Shown here: piece after piece, positions 60,901 through 64,000 of the stretch
Layout of the letters: every line of letters starts with the position of its first letter
Position numbering within the stretch: the first letter of the stretch is position 1
Assembly: GCA_973895155.1 (NCBI GenBank)
Contig: OZ316897.1
Span: forward strand, 8,081,732 to 8,145,731
DNA: 64,000 bases
Direction: 5' to 3'
Source: Marsupella aquatica
Taxonomy: Eukaryota > Plantae > Marchantiophyta
Translations under genes and position numbers: made by a program
The notes under the pieces: model-generated
The model's database searches: none
Told to the model about the DNA's origin: nothing
Seen by the model: only the letters and a program-made list of their open reading frames with translations

Positions 60901-62629
60901 CAAGTTACAGAAATAGGAGTAGCTCATGAAGGAAAAACCATTTCTCCAGGGCTAGGTAATGATCAGGCTACTGTTAGACATCATATCTAGATGAACTCTT
61001 CTGAGTTTGGTTTTATTGTAGAACACTGGCGTGGCGCTAGTGACTGGATCCAGTTTACAGATACTTGCATCAAAATGCTATTTTTAAACTCTTTATTACG
61101 GCGCTTATCAGAAATGTCAATAGTACATCGACTGTTGAAGGTAGAAGTTCTTGATAGCTTCAGTCCATTTTGTTCCGATATGTTTGGCATAGTGAAGTTG
61201 AGCTAACAATCTCTGCACTTTTCTCTGTAAAGACTACTCCTATCGATGAGCTTGATCGAAAACATTTTGCGAAAGGATATCAACCAGCACAGCGACATAC
61301 AGAAGAAGAGGCAGCTCAACAAGTGCAACAAATGAAAGAAGTTGCTTTAGCGGAAACTCAGCTGCAGCGGTTATGTGAACTTTTACGTGAGGTCAGAGAA
61401 GCAGTCTTGATTCACCTTTACGAGGCTTTTCACAGTTGGGATGCAAACAGAAAAAAAGTGGTTGGTTGTTGAGGTGCTGAGAAGTCTAGCTAGGTTTTCT
61501 CCCATGTGACAATTTAGAATTGCTGTTCCGATTTCGTGGACTGTTGTGGGTTTATTGTAAGGCTCTCCAAAATCATTCCTTGCTTGGATTTTTCATTTGT
61601 TCTAGGTTATTGAAGAAACGAAAGCCCATGTGGGTAGGAGGCAAGCTTTAACATATGAAGAGATGGAAGCGGAGAGGGAAGAGGTAAAAACTCAAATGCC
61701 ACGCGGGCGTTTTAATCAGAAGTGCCATATGTCGGTTTGGGGCACTATTTGTGCAGCTACTTACTGAATTCACAAGTTTACAAAGAGACTGAACTGAGTA
61801 GTGAAGTCAGTAATGCACTCAGGTTCATTTCTGTCTTAATGTGTATATGCATCCTATGTCTGCAGGATGAAGTACAAGCAGAGAGTGAAAGCGACGAGGA
61901 GGATCAGGCTATTTACAACCCCTTGAAACTACCAATGGGTTGGGATGGAAAGCCCATACCTTACTGGCTCTACAAGCTACATGGACTTGGACAGGTAAAT
62001 CTTGCCGAAGAGGCCTTGTTAGAAATCTTCGTACACATTCTCTGTGAATTTTTCAGCTCCTATCGGAAAAAGGATGAGAAGGAAAGTTACAGGGAAGCTT
62101 GATGGATTCGCGAAGTAACTGTACGATGTAGAAGACAACTTATGTTGTTCTGCTGTTTGTTTCCTGTGATTGACCTGTAGGAATTCAAATGCGAAATCTG
62201 CGGCAACAACAGCTACTGGGGTCGAAGGGCATTTGAAAGGCATTTCAAAGAATGGCGGCACCAGCATGGCATGCGTTGTTTGGGAATCCCCAACACGAAG
62301 AACTTCCATGAGATTACATCAATTAAGGTGCTCAGTCTATATGTTTGTGGATAGGATTCAAGGCAGTTTCTCTATGTGCTGTTTCCACCACATAATTACA
62401 AATGTCTGTGTTGTTTATGATTTTTTCTTTTACGAACCGTGCCTAAGCGTACTTTGTGGATACTGAATGTCCCTTTTTCCAGGACGCAAAGGCATTGTGG
62501 GAGAAGATCCAAGAAAGACAAGGAGTGAATAAATGGAGGCCAGATTTAGAAGAAGAGTATGAAGACCAGGATGGCAATGTTTACAACAAGAAAACTTTTG
62601 CAGATCTACAACGCCAAGGACTGATTTGA
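57934..62629 (+). CDS. SF3A3: U2 snRNP splicing factor 3A subunit 3 (SF3a60/PRP9/ATROPOS), ~511 aa, 12 exons
   Basis: Exons 57934-58107, 58421-58537, 59186-59290, 59539-59696, 59893-59989, 60205-60357, 60757-60828, 61233-61391, 61606-61683, 61866-61994, 62181-62327, 62483-62629, all GT-AG and in phase. Hallmarks: [65 protein letters not shown], matrin-type zinc finger CEICGN...HF..WRH, and DLQRQGLI*. Confidence 0.97.
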
Positions 62630-64000
62630 AATGAATATGAAAACATCACGCAAAGCGCAGTATGTTTTCCGTCTTAGTTGTTCAAGGGTCATCCCCCGTT
62701 GTAACTCTTATCATGTGTACATGAGTCTATGCAAAGGTTTTTCGACTATTTCGCGTGTGCAGCGACAACAAGAGCGCAAATTGGATGGATATTTTGAAAC
62801 TTGTAATTCCGCTTGGATAAAACCATCTTGCAGAGGAGTGGCGATTTTCGTCAGATTGTTCAGAGCCATAGATACCGAGGGTTGGGTATTAGCAGGAGGA
62901 CGAGTCTTCATGGTTGACTCATTAGAAAGCAGTTCACTTTCAATCCTTGCAGGTTTATTTAGAGGGATCAGCATTCGTGACCAAATTTATTGAGTTTTGA
63001 GAGACTAGTTCCGTGATTGTGCCGATGTGTAATCTATAATGGAAGTCTGTATTGCTTGAAGCAGAATAAATCATTGCCACATCAGGTGGAATTGTATTGT
63101 CTCTGGGTAGACTACGGTGGGTGGTGACAGGACGGTATTTGTCATGAGATCCTGTGGGTCGCATGTGATTTACTTTGCCTCTTCATATTGGCCCAGCCCG
63201 TGTCTTTCGCTAGGCTGTCCCAGTCTGAGCAGGAGGTGCATCTTCAGACCGAGACTTTACTTTTTCATTCTGACAGATTGGGCCTGTACTTGGGGCTGCA
63301 GTAGACTCAAGTTTAGGTTCAGTATGGCAGCTTAGTACTGAACCTATTTCCTGTGACTTTACAGATGAGAACTCCCTTGTAATTCATTAGTCGGTCCTAA
63401 AAGGACAACATAAGTTTATACACCCATAAACACTGACTTTCCCATCCAGACATCACCTCAAACATTTGTGTCCATCCCAGCTTCCGCCTTGAGGACCAGT
63501 GGTTGTTAATAAAATACCCTAGGCCATACTATGCAAGCCTAAATGCTTCATTTTTTGTCAATCATTTAAAAACTTTGTGTCCTTAGAAGCTTCCACGGGT
63601 AGTGATTTATATTGTAGGGATGATCAGGCTTGCACATGCCCTGCATGAAAGCTACTATTTTTACCTATCAGATGATAATGCAATGCCATAAATGTTTTCT
63701 TCAGATTTCATTTCTTCCCCTTGAAAGCAACATATACAACCGTAAGTCAGTGTTTGTATCAAAATAATTAATTATTCATAAAACATGCATTGTAAAGTTT
63801 AGGAAAGTCTCACAGAACTCACCCTCACCAGTACCACAAATGTAGTCTTTAATGTGAAAAGTGTTCATCATTAAAGATATTACAGCTATGTCTTCACTCA
63901 ATGGCCCGGTTTAACCTGATGGGCACCTTGACGCCTTGCCGGGCACGTCAAATCGTCAAATGACGGCCCGAAAACGACCAATTTGACGGATATTTGATAA

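Overview
Eukaryotic, intron-containing land-plant nuclear DNA. The gene content and density suggest a non-seed plant such as a bryophyte; this is inference. I reconstructed six protein-coding genes by hand from GT-AG junctions with consistent reading phases: (1) an 8-exon disordered protein with a C-terminal RRM (7298-12791,+); (2) an intronless MKK4/5-type MAP kinase kinase (15066-16142,+); (3) a 4-exon chimera of signal peptide, 2xLysM, class IIIb GH18, a Pro/Ala/Ser AGP-like stalk and a GPI signal, whose catalytic DxDxE motif reads DxAxE (26118-30165,+); (4) a 5-exon SWIM-domain SSN2/ZSWIM7 gene almost invisible in the ORF track (36843-38411,-); (5) a single-intron LRR-VIII-1 receptor kinase with DLG in place of DFG (48594-51950,+); (6) 12-exon splicing factor SF3A3/PRP9/ATO (57934-62629,+). 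The window also holds a tRNA-Gly(CCC), a Mutator-like element with long TIRs and a perfect 9-bp TSD, probable older transposon relics and many local tandem duplications. The most interesting object is the predicted GPI-anchored LysM-pseudochitinase, which has a W-box-rich first intron and is a candidate cell-surface chitin-binding/sensing protein.
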